64,000 bases of DNA. Origin: an uncultured Actinomycetes bacterium (lineage in GTDB: Bacteria; Actinomycetota; Acidimicrobiia; Acidimicrobiales; JACDEA01). The position numbers and the translations under genes are program-made. Where the stretch lies: the NCBI GenBank assembly GCA_963742585.1, contig CAVUMI010000005.1, positions 52,908-116,907 of the forward strand, in the 5' to 3' direction. Shown in pieces: positions 35,350-44,154 of the stretch. The number at the start of each line of letters is the position of its first letter. Within the stretch, counting starts at the first letter, position 1. Under the pieces are notes generated by a model. It saw only the letters and a list, made by a program, of their open reading frames with translations. It ran no database searches and was not told the DNA's origin.

Positions 35350-36712
35350 TCGAGTTCGCGAGAACCAGTGCGACGAGCGCGCCGACCATTGCGGCGCGCT
35401 GGTCGGTGCCGGAAACGGCCAGCACACCAATGGGCGCCGTCGTCGCCGGCGATGCCGCCGGTGGTTCCGTCGGCGTGTAGACGCCGAGCCCGTCCGGAAA
35501 CGTGAGGTTGGCGGCGACGGTCTGGGCCGGCAACACCGGCGTGCCGCGCTCATCGAACCGGAGGCGTAGCAGCGACCCGGCGCCCGGCGCGGGCATGGCG
35601 GCGACGATGCCGAGGTCGGCGATCCAGAGTGTCCCGTCGCCCGTGAAGGCCAGCCCGTACGGCGTGTTGCCCAACGGGCCTTGCGGCGGCGCCAGCGGCG
35701 AGAGCGGGTAGAGATCGCGCTTCCACGCGCCGTCTTTCCCGTACTCCGAGATGGTCCCGGTGAACACGCTGGCCACCACGAGCGTGCCGGCCGGGCTGAT
35801 CGCCACCGACGACGGCGTCGGCGCGCGCACGTCGACGGGCAGCGGCAGCGATGGCACGACGGCCTCGCGCCGGATGTTGGCGGCGAGATAGGCGGCCGTG
35901 CACTCGGCCGCCGTGCGGGGCCACTGCCCGCGGTACCGCCATACGGCGCTCGGGTTGCCGGCGTCGTCGGGCCGGTTGGCAGTGATGTACACGTCGCCGT
36001 TCGTGTCGACCGCGATGCCGCCGGCGGTGGCCAGGGCGCCGTCGATCTGGCAATGGTCGACGGCGCCGACGAAGAACGACACGCCAGCGGTTTGATCGGT
36101 GACCTGCTGGAACCCCGAGGTGAACGGGCCGAACCAGAGGAACAGCTGGCCGGTCGCCGGCTGGCCCGGCAGGGTGTCGCCGATGGCCGTGGTCAGCAGC
36201 CGGTTGCCGTCGAGGAAGCCGCAGCCGTAGTTGTCGGGATCGCCGTTGTAGGACGGACCGCGGCCGGCGGCCGGCGCGAGCTTGCCCGTCTCGGTGATGG
36301 CGATCCGGCCCAGAGCGGAGCCGGTGATGTCGAAGTAACCCCAGCCGGCGATGCGCGGGTCGTGGCTGCTGCCGCCGGACGTCGCCAGCACCGTGTCTTC
36401 ACCGGCGACGACGTGAACGCCGTCGGGCGAGACGCAGATCTGGCCGTTGATGTCCCGGCGCAGGCCGTTGGGTGCGGCCGTTCCGGGGTCGGGCCCATTG
36501 ACCGCGCGGGCAACGAGTTGCCGCTCGCCGCTCGCCGCGTCATACGCCCAGAGGTGGTTGTTCTCAGGGCTGAGGACGAACTGGTGGGGTGGCTCCGCCG
36601 CCCGCGCCGGCAGCGCCAGCACGAGCAGAAGCCCGACGGCGAAGACGACCCAGCGGCGCACGTGCGCAGTCTGGCCGTTGACGTTTGCGCGTGCAGTCGT
36701 AGACGTGTGCAC
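35324..36712 (-). CDS. Secreted beta-propeller-like protein with a C-terminal cell-wall-sorting-like tail
   Basis: Has a signal peptide (WVVFAVGLLLVLALPARA) and NHL/SMP-30-like repeats (GIAVDTNGDVYITAN; GLAFTGDGTLWIADLG). The tail is LAVSG followed by AMVGALVALVLANSI and RRRASTR. Confidence 0.6.
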   Translation of the reverse strand: MHTSTTARANVNGQTAHVRRWVVFAVGLLLVLALPARAAEPPHQFVLSPENNHLWAYDAASGERQLVARAVNGPDPGTAAPNGLRRDINGQICVSPDGVHVVAGEDTVLATSGGSSHDPRIAGWGYFDITGSALGRIAITETGKLAPAAGRGPSYNGDPDNYGCGFLDGNRLLTTAIGDTLPGQPATGQLFLWFGPFTSGFQQVTDQTAGVSFFVGAVDHCQIDGALATAGGIAVDTNGDVYITANRPDDAGNPSAVWRYRGQWPRTAAECTAAYLAANIRREAVVPSLPLPVDVRAPTPSSVAISPAGTLVVASVFTGTISEYGKDGAWKRDLYPLSPLAPPQGPLGNTPYGLAFTGDGTLWIADLGIVAAMPAPGAGSLLRLRFDERGTPVLPAQTVAANLTFPDGLGVYTPTEPPAASPATTAPIGVLAVSGTDQRAAMVGALVALVLANSIRRRASTR

Positions 36713-36742
36713 GTCCGCCCACTACTGCACGCGCCGGCCCCG

Positions 36743-37906
36743 TTAGTGCTCTTTCGACGCCACGATTTGGCGGCCGACGCCTTCGGCGACGAGGTCGATG
36801 TCGAACACCGTGTGCGCGCACATCATGTGGACGTCACGCTGGATGCGCTGCAACTCGTTGTCGAGGTAGTGCGCCGACGCACCGCTCGACTGCATGATCT
36901 CGCGCACGATGTCGCGGCACTTGCGAACGATGTGCGCGATGCCGAGGCGGAGATGCAGCTGGCCCAACAGGTCCAGATCGACACGACCGTCGGCATGGGC
37001 CTGCATGCGATCGGCCACGTCGCGCATCAACGTCTCGGCGAAGTCGACCTCGACGCGCAGGTTGGCCAAGCGCACCTGCGTCGGCACCCGGGCGCTCTGC
37101 GTCCGCTTGGTGCCGAACATCACGCGGTTGAACAGGCGGTCCTCGAACAGCGCGAGGGCTCGCTTGGCCGCGCCAAGCGCGGGCATGGCCGCGGTGAGCG
37201 ACAGGAACGGCGCGATTGGGATCCGGTGTAGGTAGGGATCGCCGGGCTTGGCGACGACATGGGGTGGCGGCATCAACGACACGCGTCGCTCGGGCACAAC
37301 GATGCCGTTGGCCACGATGTCGCGGCTGCCCGTCGCGGCCATGCCGTCGACGTGCCACGTGTCCTTGACTTCGACCGTGTCGACCGGCAAGAGGAAGTTG
37401 CGGGCCGCGTCCGTCGCGTCGCCCTCGATCTTCCCGCTCACAAGTACCCAGTCGGCGTGGCAGATGCCCGTGGCGAAGGTCCAGTGGCCCGACAAGGTGT
37501 AGGTGCCGTCACCGCTGGGGACCGCCAGGCCGGTTGCGTTCACGCTGCCCGGAGCGAGCACAAAGGGCTGCGCACCGAAGATCTCGTCTTGGAGGTCCTC
37601 GGCGAACATGGTGAGCAGCCAGTTGTGCTCCATATAGAAGGTGGTGATCCAGCCCATCGACGGATCGGCTTCGGCGACGGCAAGCCCGATGTCGACGTAC
37701 GTCGACATGTCGATCTCGTAGCCGCCGTATTTCTTCGCGACGAACGACCGGAACACGCCGGTGGCCTTGAGCGCCTCGATGATCTCGTCGAGCGGCCGGC
37801 GTTGCGCCTCGGCCTGGAATGACTTCGCGGCGATCGTCGGTGTCAGCGCGCGGATGCGCTCAACGAGGCCGTCAGCCGAAGGCGGTCCTGGCTCGCCCAT
37901 ACTCAC
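36743..37906 (-). CDS. Acyl-CoA dehydrogenase-fold flavin-dependent monooxygenase (HsaA/HpaB-C2-like oxygenase component)
   Basis: 387 aa. ...GWITTFYMEHNWLL...HWTFATGICHADWVLV...TWHVDGMAATGSRDIV is a pattern typical of group D flavin monooxygenases. No reductase partner is nearby. Confidence 0.7.
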   Translation of the reverse strand: MSMGEPGPPSADGLVERIRALTPTIAAKSFQAEAQRRPLDEIIEALKATGVFRSFVAKKYGGYEIDMSTYVDIGLAVAEADPSMGWITTFYMEHNWLLTMFAEDLQDEIFGAQPFVLAPGSVNATGLAVPSGDGTYTLSGHWTFATGICHADWVLVSGKIEGDATDAARNFLLPVDTVEVKDTWHVDGMAATGSRDIVANGIVVPERRVSLMPPPHVVAKPGDPYLHRIPIAPFLSLTAAMPALGAAKRALALFEDRLFNRVMFGTKRTQSARVPTQVRLANLRVEVDFAETLMRDVADRMQAHADGRVDLDLLGQLHLRLGIAHIVRKCRDIVREIMQSSGASAHYLDNELQRIQRDVHMMCAHTVFDIDLVAEGVGRQIVASKEH

Positions 37907-38298
37907 CCAGCTTTTTGCTCGAGGAATTCCACGACGTTTCCCTCGGGATCTTCGATCATCGCGATGCGAATGCCGGGCATCAGCTGTGTGACTGGCAACG
38001 GGATCGGCGCCCCCGCTGCCTCACATTGCGCGACTGCGGCGTCGATGTCGTCCACACCGATCGTCCAATAGCGCAGGCCAGTGCCGCCGGCGGAACCACC
38101 CGGCGGATTCGCGGCGGCTGGCGTTGCCTTGTGCGAGACGATCTTCACGACGCATTCGCCCACCGCGAACTGCCACATGTGCGACCCCGTCGGAAGGTCG
38201 AAGTCGAACAGGAACTTCAGGCCAAGTGCGTCGCGATAGAACGGCAGGCACTTGTCTGCGTCGCGCACGACGATGCCGATATCGATGTGTTGGCTCAC
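37903..38298 (-). CDS. VOC (glyoxalase/bleomycin-resistance/extradiol dioxygenase) family protein
   Basis: IDIGIVVRDADKCLPFYRDALGL...IAMIEDPEGNVVEFLE. It overlaps both neighbours by 4 bp. Confidence 0.75.
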   Translation of the reverse strand: MSQHIDIGIVVRDADKCLPFYRDALGLKFLFDFDLPTGSHMWQFAVGECVVKIVSHKATPAAANPPGGSAGGTGLRYWTIGVDDIDAAVAQCEAAGAPIPLPVTQLMPGIRIAMIEDPEGNVVEFLEQKAG

Positions 38299-38693
38299 TG
38301 CGTCTTCTCCCTTGGAGGTAGGAACTTGTCGACCTGGCCGGTGTCGAAGTACTCGTAAGCCCGGCTGATCATTCCGTCGCGGACGTAGCCGATGAAGCAG
38401 ACGTCCATCTGCCCGACGAACCCGGTTTCATACGTGACGTAGATCGTGTGCTGCTGGACGAAACCGCCCTCGAAGACGCGCACACGCCGATCCTTGTAGC
38501 GCGTCTTTGTCTGCGCCTCCATGCCCCGCTTCAGCATGGCGAGGTTGTCGGCCCGCGGTTGATACAACGAGTCGTGACTGTGCCAGATGACGGCCTCGGG
38601 CGCGTAACACGCTTCGAGGGTCGCGTAGTCCTTCTGTTCGATCGCGTCGAAGAAGCGATCACACAGCTCGAGTGTCTGCCAGTCCTTACGCAC
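38295..38693 (-). CDS. NTF2/SnoaL-like protein, paralog 3 of 3
   Basis: LCDRFFDAIEQKDYATLEACYAPEAVIWHS...YVRDGMISRAYEYFDTGQ is an NTF2-like fold pattern. Confidence 0.65.
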   Translation of the reverse strand: MRKDWQTLELCDRFFDAIEQKDYATLEACYAPEAVIWHSHDSLYQPRADNLAMLKRGMEAQTKTRYKDRRVRVFEGGFVQQHTIYVTYETGFVGQMDVCFIGYVRDGMISRAYEYFDTGQVDKFLPPREKTQ

Positions 38694-39084
38694 GTGGTCC
38701 CCCCATCCATGCCGCGAATTTCGACGTGTCCATGTACTCGTCGATGCGGGTGATCTTCCCGTCGCGCACCCGGCCGACGATGCAGATCCACAGCGCTCCT
38801 TTGTGCCCGGTGTGCATTACACCGTTGAGGGAGTACTGGATCACGAAGCCATCGTCGAACGTGTTGATGACGCGGTCGTTGTAGGTACGGCGGCGCTGTC
38901 CGCTGTAGCTGTTGGGATACGCCTCGAGGTTCTCGTCGCGCGTGGTCTCCCGGCCGAAGACGTTGTGCCAGACGATGCAGTCGTCGCTCATGATGCGCCG
39001 CAGCACGTCGACGCGACCGTCTTGGTAGGCGTCGAAGAACTCGTTGCAGAGTTCGCGGATCTCGTACCCGGTCATCGCGCTCAT
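38686..39084 (-). CDS. NTF2/SnoaL-like protein, paralog 2 of 3
   Basis: LCNEFFDAYQDGRVDVLRRIMSDDCIVWHN...NDRVINTFDDGFVIQY...RVRDGKITRIDEYMDTSKF. Confidence 0.65.
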   Translation of the reverse strand: MSAMTGYEIRELCNEFFDAYQDGRVDVLRRIMSDDCIVWHNVFGRETTRDENLEAYPNSYSGQRRRTYNDRVINTFDDGFVIQYSLNGVMHTGHKGALWICIVGRVRDGKITRIDEYMDTSKFAAWMGGPRA

Positions 39085-39467
39085 GTCGCCTTGGCCCGTG
39101 ACTTGAACTGCGTCGTATCGAGGTACTCGAAAAGCTTCGAGATCTTGCCGTCGCGAACCTCGGCAACGAGGCAGGCCGAAAGCGGAACCTCGGTGCCGTT
39201 GTGGGCGACGACGTGGGTCGTGTACTGGACCACGAACCCATCGTCGAACGTGTTGATGTTCCGATCGTTGTAGAGGCGCCGCCGATGCAACCCGCGCCCA
39301 TTGTCGACGGCCTCGAGGTTGGCCTCACGCGTGATGGTCTCGCCGCTGACGTTGATCCACATCGTCATGTCGCGGGCGTAACAGGCGTCGACGCCGGCGA
39401 CGTCGCCCGTTTCCAGCGCGTCGAACAGCGCGTGACACAACTTCCGATGTTCTGTGTCAAGCGTCAT
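39081..39467 (-). CDS. NTF2/SnoaL-like protein, paralog 1 of 3
   Basis: ATG 39467 overlaps the GntR stop (ATGA). LCHALFDALETGDVAGVDACYARDMTMWIN...NDRNINTFDDGFVVQY...EVRDGKISKLFEYLDTTQF. Confidence 0.65.
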   Translation of the reverse strand: MTLDTEHRKLCHALFDALETGDVAGVDACYARDMTMWINVSGETITREANLEAVDNGRGLHRRRLYNDRNINTFDDGFVVQYTTHVVAHNGTEVPLSACLVAEVRDGKISKLFEYLDTTQFKSRAKAT

Positions 39468-40171
39468 TTCTCGGTCCGTCTCTGCTCGGCGACCGCCATC
39501 GCGTCGAGCACCGCGTCGCGGCCCTGCGCGATGTGTTCGGCCATAAGCGCTGCGGCGCGGGCCGCGTCCCGGCGGCACATGGCTTCGGCGATGAGGTGGT
39601 GGAACGTGTCGGAGCGCTCGATCTCCGCTGCTCCGAACGTACGAAAGGCCTGGAACACCAGCGGGATGTCGACGGTGCGGGCGAGCATCGTCGCCAGCCG
39701 GCGGTGGCGGGCGGCGTTGATGATGATGTCGTGGAACTCGCGGTTGGCCTCATGGATCAGGCGGACACCTGCGACCGCGTTGACGTCAACGGTGCGCCGG
39801 ATCTCTCGGAACGCGTCCGCGGCGGCAACCAGTTCCCCGAGTTCGGTTTCGGTCGACCGTTCCGTTGCCACTTCGACGGCGTAGGCCTCGAGGCGAATGC
39901 GCAGGCCATAGAGGTCAACCACTTCGGTCGCCGACAGCGAGCGCACCATGGCCCCGCGGTTCCGTTCGCTGACGACCAGTCCTTCGGCCTCGAGCATGTG
40001 CAGCGCCTCGCGTACAGGCGTGCGCGATAAGCCCAGTTCTTCGGCGATGCGCTGCTCGACCAGGCGCTGGCCCGGCGAGTAGCGGTTCTCGACGATCGCG
40101 GCGCGCACCTGTTCGTAGGCGAGCTCGGCGCCAACGGTGTCGGCGGGCGGGCCGCTACTCGCCGTCGTCAC
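39464..40171 (-). CDS. GntR/FadR-family transcriptional regulator (start probably GTG 40171)
   Basis: RLVEQRIAEELGLSRTPVREALHMLEAEGLVV is the wHTH, followed by an FCD-like helical C-terminal domain. Confidence 0.8.
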   Translation of the reverse strand: MTTASSGPPADTVGAELAYEQVRAAIVENRYSPGQRLVEQRIAEELGLSRTPVREALHMLEAEGLVVSERNRGAMVRSLSATEVVDLYGLRIRLEAYAVEVATERSTETELGELVAAADAFREIRRTVDVNAVAGVRLIHEANREFHDIIINAARHRRLATMLARTVDIPLVFQAFRTFGAAEIERSDTFHHLIAEAMCRRDAARAAALMAEHIAQGRDAVLDAMAVAEQRRTEK

Positions 40172-40808
40172 GCCCGCTGATCTGACGACCGATGTTGGCC
40201 GCCTGATAGCCCTCGGGTGCTGCGACCTCGACGATCGGGTCGTCGCGATCATCGAACTCGGTGCGCAATGCGACCGACATCACGGCATGCAGCGCGTAGG
40301 TCATCGTGATGTACGTGAAGTCGAGGATGGCCTGATCGTCGAGGTGCTTCTTCAACACCGCGAACACACCGTCGGCGATCCGTCCGTGGGAGAGGACCAG
40401 TCCGTCGGTGTACGCGAGCAGTCCCCGCTCGAGCTGATCGAACTGGTCCGACACCTGCCAATGCTTCAGCGCCTCGATCTTCTCCTCGGAGAAGCCGAGG
40501 GCGCGACAGCTCTTGCAGTGCTGGGAGAACACGAACTGACTGCCGATGAGCCAGCCGGCCCGTGTCTGGCCCAGCTCGCGCAGCGCCGCTGGAATCTTGC
40601 GCTCGGGGCTGGCGTAGAGCGCGAAGCCGCTGACCGCATGCTCCAGGACGTCGGGGGAGTTGGCCCACACCGTCCACCAGTCGCCTGGGGTGCCGGTGGC
40701 GGTGCCGGGCTCCTTTACCGGGTCACGGTCACCGAAGAGCAGCTTGTACATGCGACGCACGATCTTCGGGTTGTCATCGGATTTGGCGATCTGACCGAGT
40801 CGAGGCAC
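40155..40808 (-). CDS. Carboxymuconolactone decarboxylase (CMD/AhpD-like) family protein
   Basis: ...IGSQFVFSQHCKSCRALGFSEEKIEAL...ILDFTYITMTYALHAV is CMD-like. It is a paralog of the 59884..60480 product. Confidence 0.65.
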   Translation of the reverse strand: MPRLGQIAKSDDNPKIVRRMYKLLFGDRDPVKEPGTATGTPGDWWTVWANSPDVLEHAVSGFALYASPERKIPAALRELGQTRAGWLIGSQFVFSQHCKSCRALGFSEEKIEALKHWQVSDQFDQLERGLLAYTDGLVLSHGRIADGVFAVLKKHLDDQAILDFTYITMTYALHAVMSVALRTEFDDRDDPIVEVAAPEGYQAANIGRQISGRDDGE

Positions 40809-40896
40809 CCGCGGATTGTATGCAAAGGCACGGGCCGGGCGTCAGAGCACCGAGCAACTGGTTGACCTGCCCCACCAGATCGTGTGCAATAGCTGT

Positions 40897-41472
40897 ATGG
40901 CGTCTACCGGTAGGAACACAAATACCGAATTCGAGTTGCGAGGGTTCAACCACCTTGCGCTCGTGGCGCGGGACATGGCCGAAACGGTTGCCTGGTACGA
41001 GGACATCCTCGGCATGAAGCTCGTCAAGACGCTCGAGCTGCCCGGCGGGTACGGCCAGCACTTCTTCTTGGACATGGGCAACGGGGTGGACGGGATTGCC
41101 TTCTTCTATTTCCCCAACGCGCCCGAGGGCGTACGGGGTGAGTCGCTGCAGAACCGCTACGGCGTCACCGCAATCGGCACGATGAATCACCTCGCGTTCG
41201 ACGTCGATCCGGCCAAGTTCGACGAGTACCGCCAGAAGCTCATCGACAAGGGCGTCGAAGTCACGATGGTCATCAACCACTGCGACTCCCTCGACGGGGG
41301 CCACAAGGAGAACTACGACCCCGAGACCGACGACAACGACGTTTTCGTGCGCTCGATCTACTTCACCGATCCCAACGGCACGCGGCTCGAGTTCGCGTGC
41401 TGGACGAAGACGTTCGACGAGAGCGACGTCAAGCACGCGCCGGCCACGGCGCGCACACCCGTCGAAGCCTGA
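40897..41472 (+). CDS. VOC-family protein (extradiol dioxygenase/glyoxalase-like)
   Basis: LRGFNHLALVARDMAETVAWYEDILGMKLV...MNHLAFDV...SIYFTDPNGTRLEF. Confidence 0.75.
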   Translation: MASTGRNTNTEFELRGFNHLALVARDMAETVAWYEDILGMKLVKTLELPGGYGQHFFLDMGNGVDGIAFFYFPNAPEGVRGESLQNRYGVTAIGTMNHLAFDVDPAKFDEYRQKLIDKGVEVTMVINHCDSLDGGHKENYDPETDDNDVFVRSIYFTDPNGTRLEFACWTKTFDESDVKHAPATARTPVEA

Positions 41473-41474
41473 TC

Positions 41475-41705
41475 TTGCGCACCGCGCTCCGGCACAAGCC
41501 GGGCCCGCGCTGGTGGCCGCTTCGTCTCGTTTTCGGCGCGTTCTTCCTCCACGTCGCTCTGTCCCATCGCGAGCTTGATGAGAAGGCAGCCAAGGATCTC
41601 CAGCGCTTCGCGTCGTCGGCCTATCCCTTCGTGCGAAGGCTTCGGCCCCGCACGTTTCAGCAGGGCATGGTCGCCGCGGAGTCCGCGTGGCGGCTTCGCT
41701 CTTGA
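41475..41705 (+). pseudogene. Possible remnant of a small membrane protein gene (frameshifted and truncated)
   Basis: KPGPRWWPLRLVFGAFFLHVALS...AKDLQRFASSAYPFVRRLRPRTF is followed by a plausible continuation, SLLMPGVPVAVG, in another frame. This rests on weak, recollection-based similarity. Confidence 0.25.
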
Positions 41706-41742
41706 TGCCCGGCGTGCCCGTCGCAGTGGGTGAACCCGTAGC

Positions 41743-41940
41743 TCAGCGCACGATCACCCGGACTCGCCCCAGGTTGAAGACGCGGCAGTGCGGCGTGCCA
41801 TAGTCGACCGACCGCTGATTGGAGACCCGGACCGCCGGGAAGTACGTCCCCGGCTCGCTGAAGGTGTGGGTGACCGCTGTTGTGTAGCTGGCCAGGAGAC
41901 GTAGCTGGTCTCGCGTGGAGGCGTAGTCAGACGACGCGGC
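41743..41940 (-). pseudogene. PKD/Ig-like domain remnant, in frame immediately after the esterase TAA stop
   Basis: My own translation directly after the TAA (41943..41941) gives AASSDYASTRDQLRLLASYTTAVTHTFSEPGTYFPAVRVSNQRSVDYGTPHCRVFNLGRVRVIVR*. The HTFSEPGTYxxxxxV stretch is PKD-like. Confidence 0.35.
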
Positions 41941-42867
41941 TTAGTACTGGTCGAACCAGTTCTTGATGCCGGTGGCGCCGAGGTCGTGGCTGGTGAACTC
42001 ATGGCCGCCGGAGTGCTCGACCTTGGCGGTGGTGAATCCACCTTGCACGAGTTTGGTGTGGTAGTTCCGCATCCCCGATATGAGGACGAGGTTGTCGTTC
42101 GTGCCGTGCCAGAACTTGGTGGGCGGGTGGTTGGTCGGCAGCGTCGGGACGCTGTTGCACGAGTAAGAGCACGTGGCGTACGAGGCGGCAACGATGCCCA
42201 GCGCCTTCCACGTATTCGCGTTGCCACTGCCGCTGTTGAAGGTCACGGCCATGCGGCTGCTATTGAACCCACCGCTTGAGATGCCGTACGCGTAGCGCTT
42301 GTTCATGTTGTACTGCGACGCAGGTCCGTAGCTGCCGTTCTTGATCTCGTTGAAGAAGTCGGGGAAGAACTGGTTGTCGCAACTCGCGCTGTACGGGAAC
42401 ACGACGTTGGTGTGCCAGGCCTGGACCCAGCCCCCGCTTGCCGGCGGGTCGGCCACGATCACGGCATAGCGCTTGCCGGTACCGGACGGATCATCGAGCA
42501 ACTCATGGATGATCTGGGGCTCGTACTCGACGCCGAACGCGTCGCCGAAGTTGCGCTGGAACGCGGAGGACGTGTCCGTCGGTTGCGTGCCGGCGTAGTA
42601 GAACGCGACGGGCCAGCCACCGGCGGGCGGCGTGCCGCTGGGAACCTGCCAACGCACGGCTCGAGGGATGTAATACGCGCCGCACCAGTAGTAGTTGTAA
42701 CGCTTGGTGTGCGTGCAGCTCCATCCATTGGCCGACTGCGTGCAGCGGTCACCGGGAGCAGCAGCGGCGGTCGGTGGATTGGCAACAAGGCCGAACCCAA
42801 CCGCCGAGAGGACCAGCGCGGCAGCGGCAAGGGTTGCGGGCATCCGGCGGGCTGAACCGTGGAGCAT
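41941..42867 (-). CDS. Secreted esterase (PHB-depolymerase/feruloyl-esterase-like alpha/beta hydrolase)
   Basis: ATG 42867 follows AGAGGAGAA. Has a signal peptide (ATLAAAALVLSAVGFGLVANPPTAAAA) and the GISSGG nucleophile elbow. 308 aa. Confidence 0.6.
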   Translation of the reverse strand: MLHGSARRMPATLAAAALVLSAVGFGLVANPPTAAAAPGDRCTQSANGWSCTHTKRYNYYWCGAYYIPRAVRWQVPSGTPPAGGWPVAFYYAGTQPTDTSSAFQRNFGDAFGVEYEPQIIHELLDDPSGTGKRYAVIVADPPASGGWVQAWHTNVVFPYSASCDNQFFPDFFNEIKNGSYGPASQYNMNKRYAYGISSGGFNSSRMAVTFNSGSGNANTWKALGIVAASYATCSYSCNSVPTLPTNHPPTKFWHGTNDNLVLISGMRNYHTKLVQGGFTTAKVEHSGGHEFTSHDLGATGIKNWFDQY

Positions 42868-42949
42868 GGGTTTCTCCTCTCGCCGATCGAACGATCGGCT
42901 GGGCACGCATTGCGTTGCAATTTGCGTGATCTTGCAGCAATCTGGTGGC

Positions 42950-43603
42950 GTGGTCAAGCGATCGATCGATCGGAAGCCCCCGCCCGCCCGCCGCCTCCTC
43001 GCCGGCACGGGTGCCCTGCCGCCCGGCTCGGCGCCGGAAGGCACCAGCGGCACCATCCTCACGGCCGCGCTCACCCTGTTCTCCGAGCACAGCTACCACG
43101 GCACCTCGATCAGGGACCTGGCCGAGGCCGCGGGCATCACCTCGGCCACGTTGTACAGCCACTACCGGACCAAGGACCACATCCTCGCCGAGCTCCTACG
43201 CATCGGCCACGAACACCACCTTCGAGCGCTCCAAGCTGCGGTGCTCGACGCCGGTTCCGAACCAAATGACCAGCTCGCCGCGGCTGTGCGCGCGCATGTG
43301 CGGGTGCATGCCACGTTCAGTCGCCTCGCCGTGGTCTGCAACGACGAACTTCACGCCCTGACCCCCGAGCTCGCCTCGCCAATACTCGCGGTGCGCTCCG
43401 AGAGCGAGCTGCTGCTGTTTAGCGTCCTCCAGCGCGGCATCGACAAGGGCGTCTTCCACCCGGAGCACGACTTCTTGGCCCTCGCCGCCATCGGCAGCAT
43501 GGGACTACGCGTCGCCAACTGGTTCGTCCCTGATGGCCCGGTGACCGTGGAGCAAGTCGAGGACACCTACGCCGCGTTCGCTCTACGGATCGTTCTCGGC
43601 TAA
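42950..43603 (+). CDS. TetR/AcrR-family transcriptional regulator
   Basis: ILTAALTLFSEHSYHGTSIRDLAEAAGITSATLYSHYRTKDHIL is the HTH. It is divergent from the esterase gene. Confidence 0.8.
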   Translation: MVKRSIDRKPPPARRLLAGTGALPPGSAPEGTSGTILTAALTLFSEHSYHGTSIRDLAEAAGITSATLYSHYRTKDHILAELLRIGHEHHLRALQAAVLDAGSEPNDQLAAAVRAHVRVHATFSRLAVVCNDELHALTPELASPILAVRSESELLLFSVLQRGIDKGVFHPEHDFLALAAIGSMGLRVANWFVPDGPVTVEQVEDTYAAFALRIVLG

Positions 43604-43609
43604 CAGGCT

Positions 43610-43628
43610 CCGGCGGGAACGCCGCCGG
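43610..43628. terminator. GC hairpin between convergent genes (no U-tract)
   Basis: CCGGCGG-GAACG-CCGCCGG, a 7-bp perfect stem. Confidence 0.3.
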
Positions 43629-43641
43629 GCACTCGCGTTCG

Positions 43642-44142
43642 TTAAAGCAGCCGGCGGATCTCGGGCGGGATCAGGTGCAACTGTCCGGCCCGCGCTGCGG
43701 TTGAGGACATGTCCGCGAGCGCGGCGTCAACCTCGAGCACCACGCAGCCATTGGGCATCGCCAGTCCGTCGCGTGGTGCGACCGCGAGCTGGGGAAGACG
43801 GGCTACCGCCGCGTCCCGCTCCGCCTCTGACTCGTAGAACGTGACGTCGAGGACCTGCACCCACTTGTCGGCGCCCAACACGAGCACGTCGTAGGCCGCG
43901 GCAATGTCAGCAAGGTGTTGAAGGTCGGTCACGACGACGCGCAGCCACGGCCGGCTTACTGCGATGGCCTCGAGCATGGCGACGCGAGTGGCCAGTGGCC
44001 GCACGTTCGCCTTGGCGAGTGGCTGCTCGTTGACGACGATGTCGATGGCGTCGAGCCGGCACTGATCGCGGGCCGCTTGTGCGATCGCGACGTGCGCGAT
44101 CGTCGGTGGATCAAACGTGCCGGGGTAGGCGCCCACTCGCAT
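43642..44142 (-). CDS. Cytidylyltransferase-like nucleotidyltransferase (NadD/CoaD superfamily)
   Basis: MRVGAYPGTFDPPTIAHVAIA is an HxGH-type motif variant. 166 aa. Confidence 0.6.
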   Translation of the reverse strand: MRVGAYPGTFDPPTIAHVAIAQAARDQCRLDAIDIVVNEQPLAKANVRPLATRVAMLEAIAVSRPWLRVVVTDLQHLADIAAAYDVLVLGADKWVQVLDVTFYESEAERDAAVARLPQLAVAPRDGLAMPNGCVVLEVDAALADMSSTAARAGQLHLIPPEIRRLL

Positions 44143-44154
44143 CGTGGCGGATAC

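Noticed and set aside
41941-41943. The esterase stop codon as a programmed read-through or recoding site
   Set aside because: The stop is TAA, not TGA, so selenocysteine is excluded. The downstream peptide is only a partial PKD-like domain, and no recoding signal is evident. Decay is the simpler explanation.
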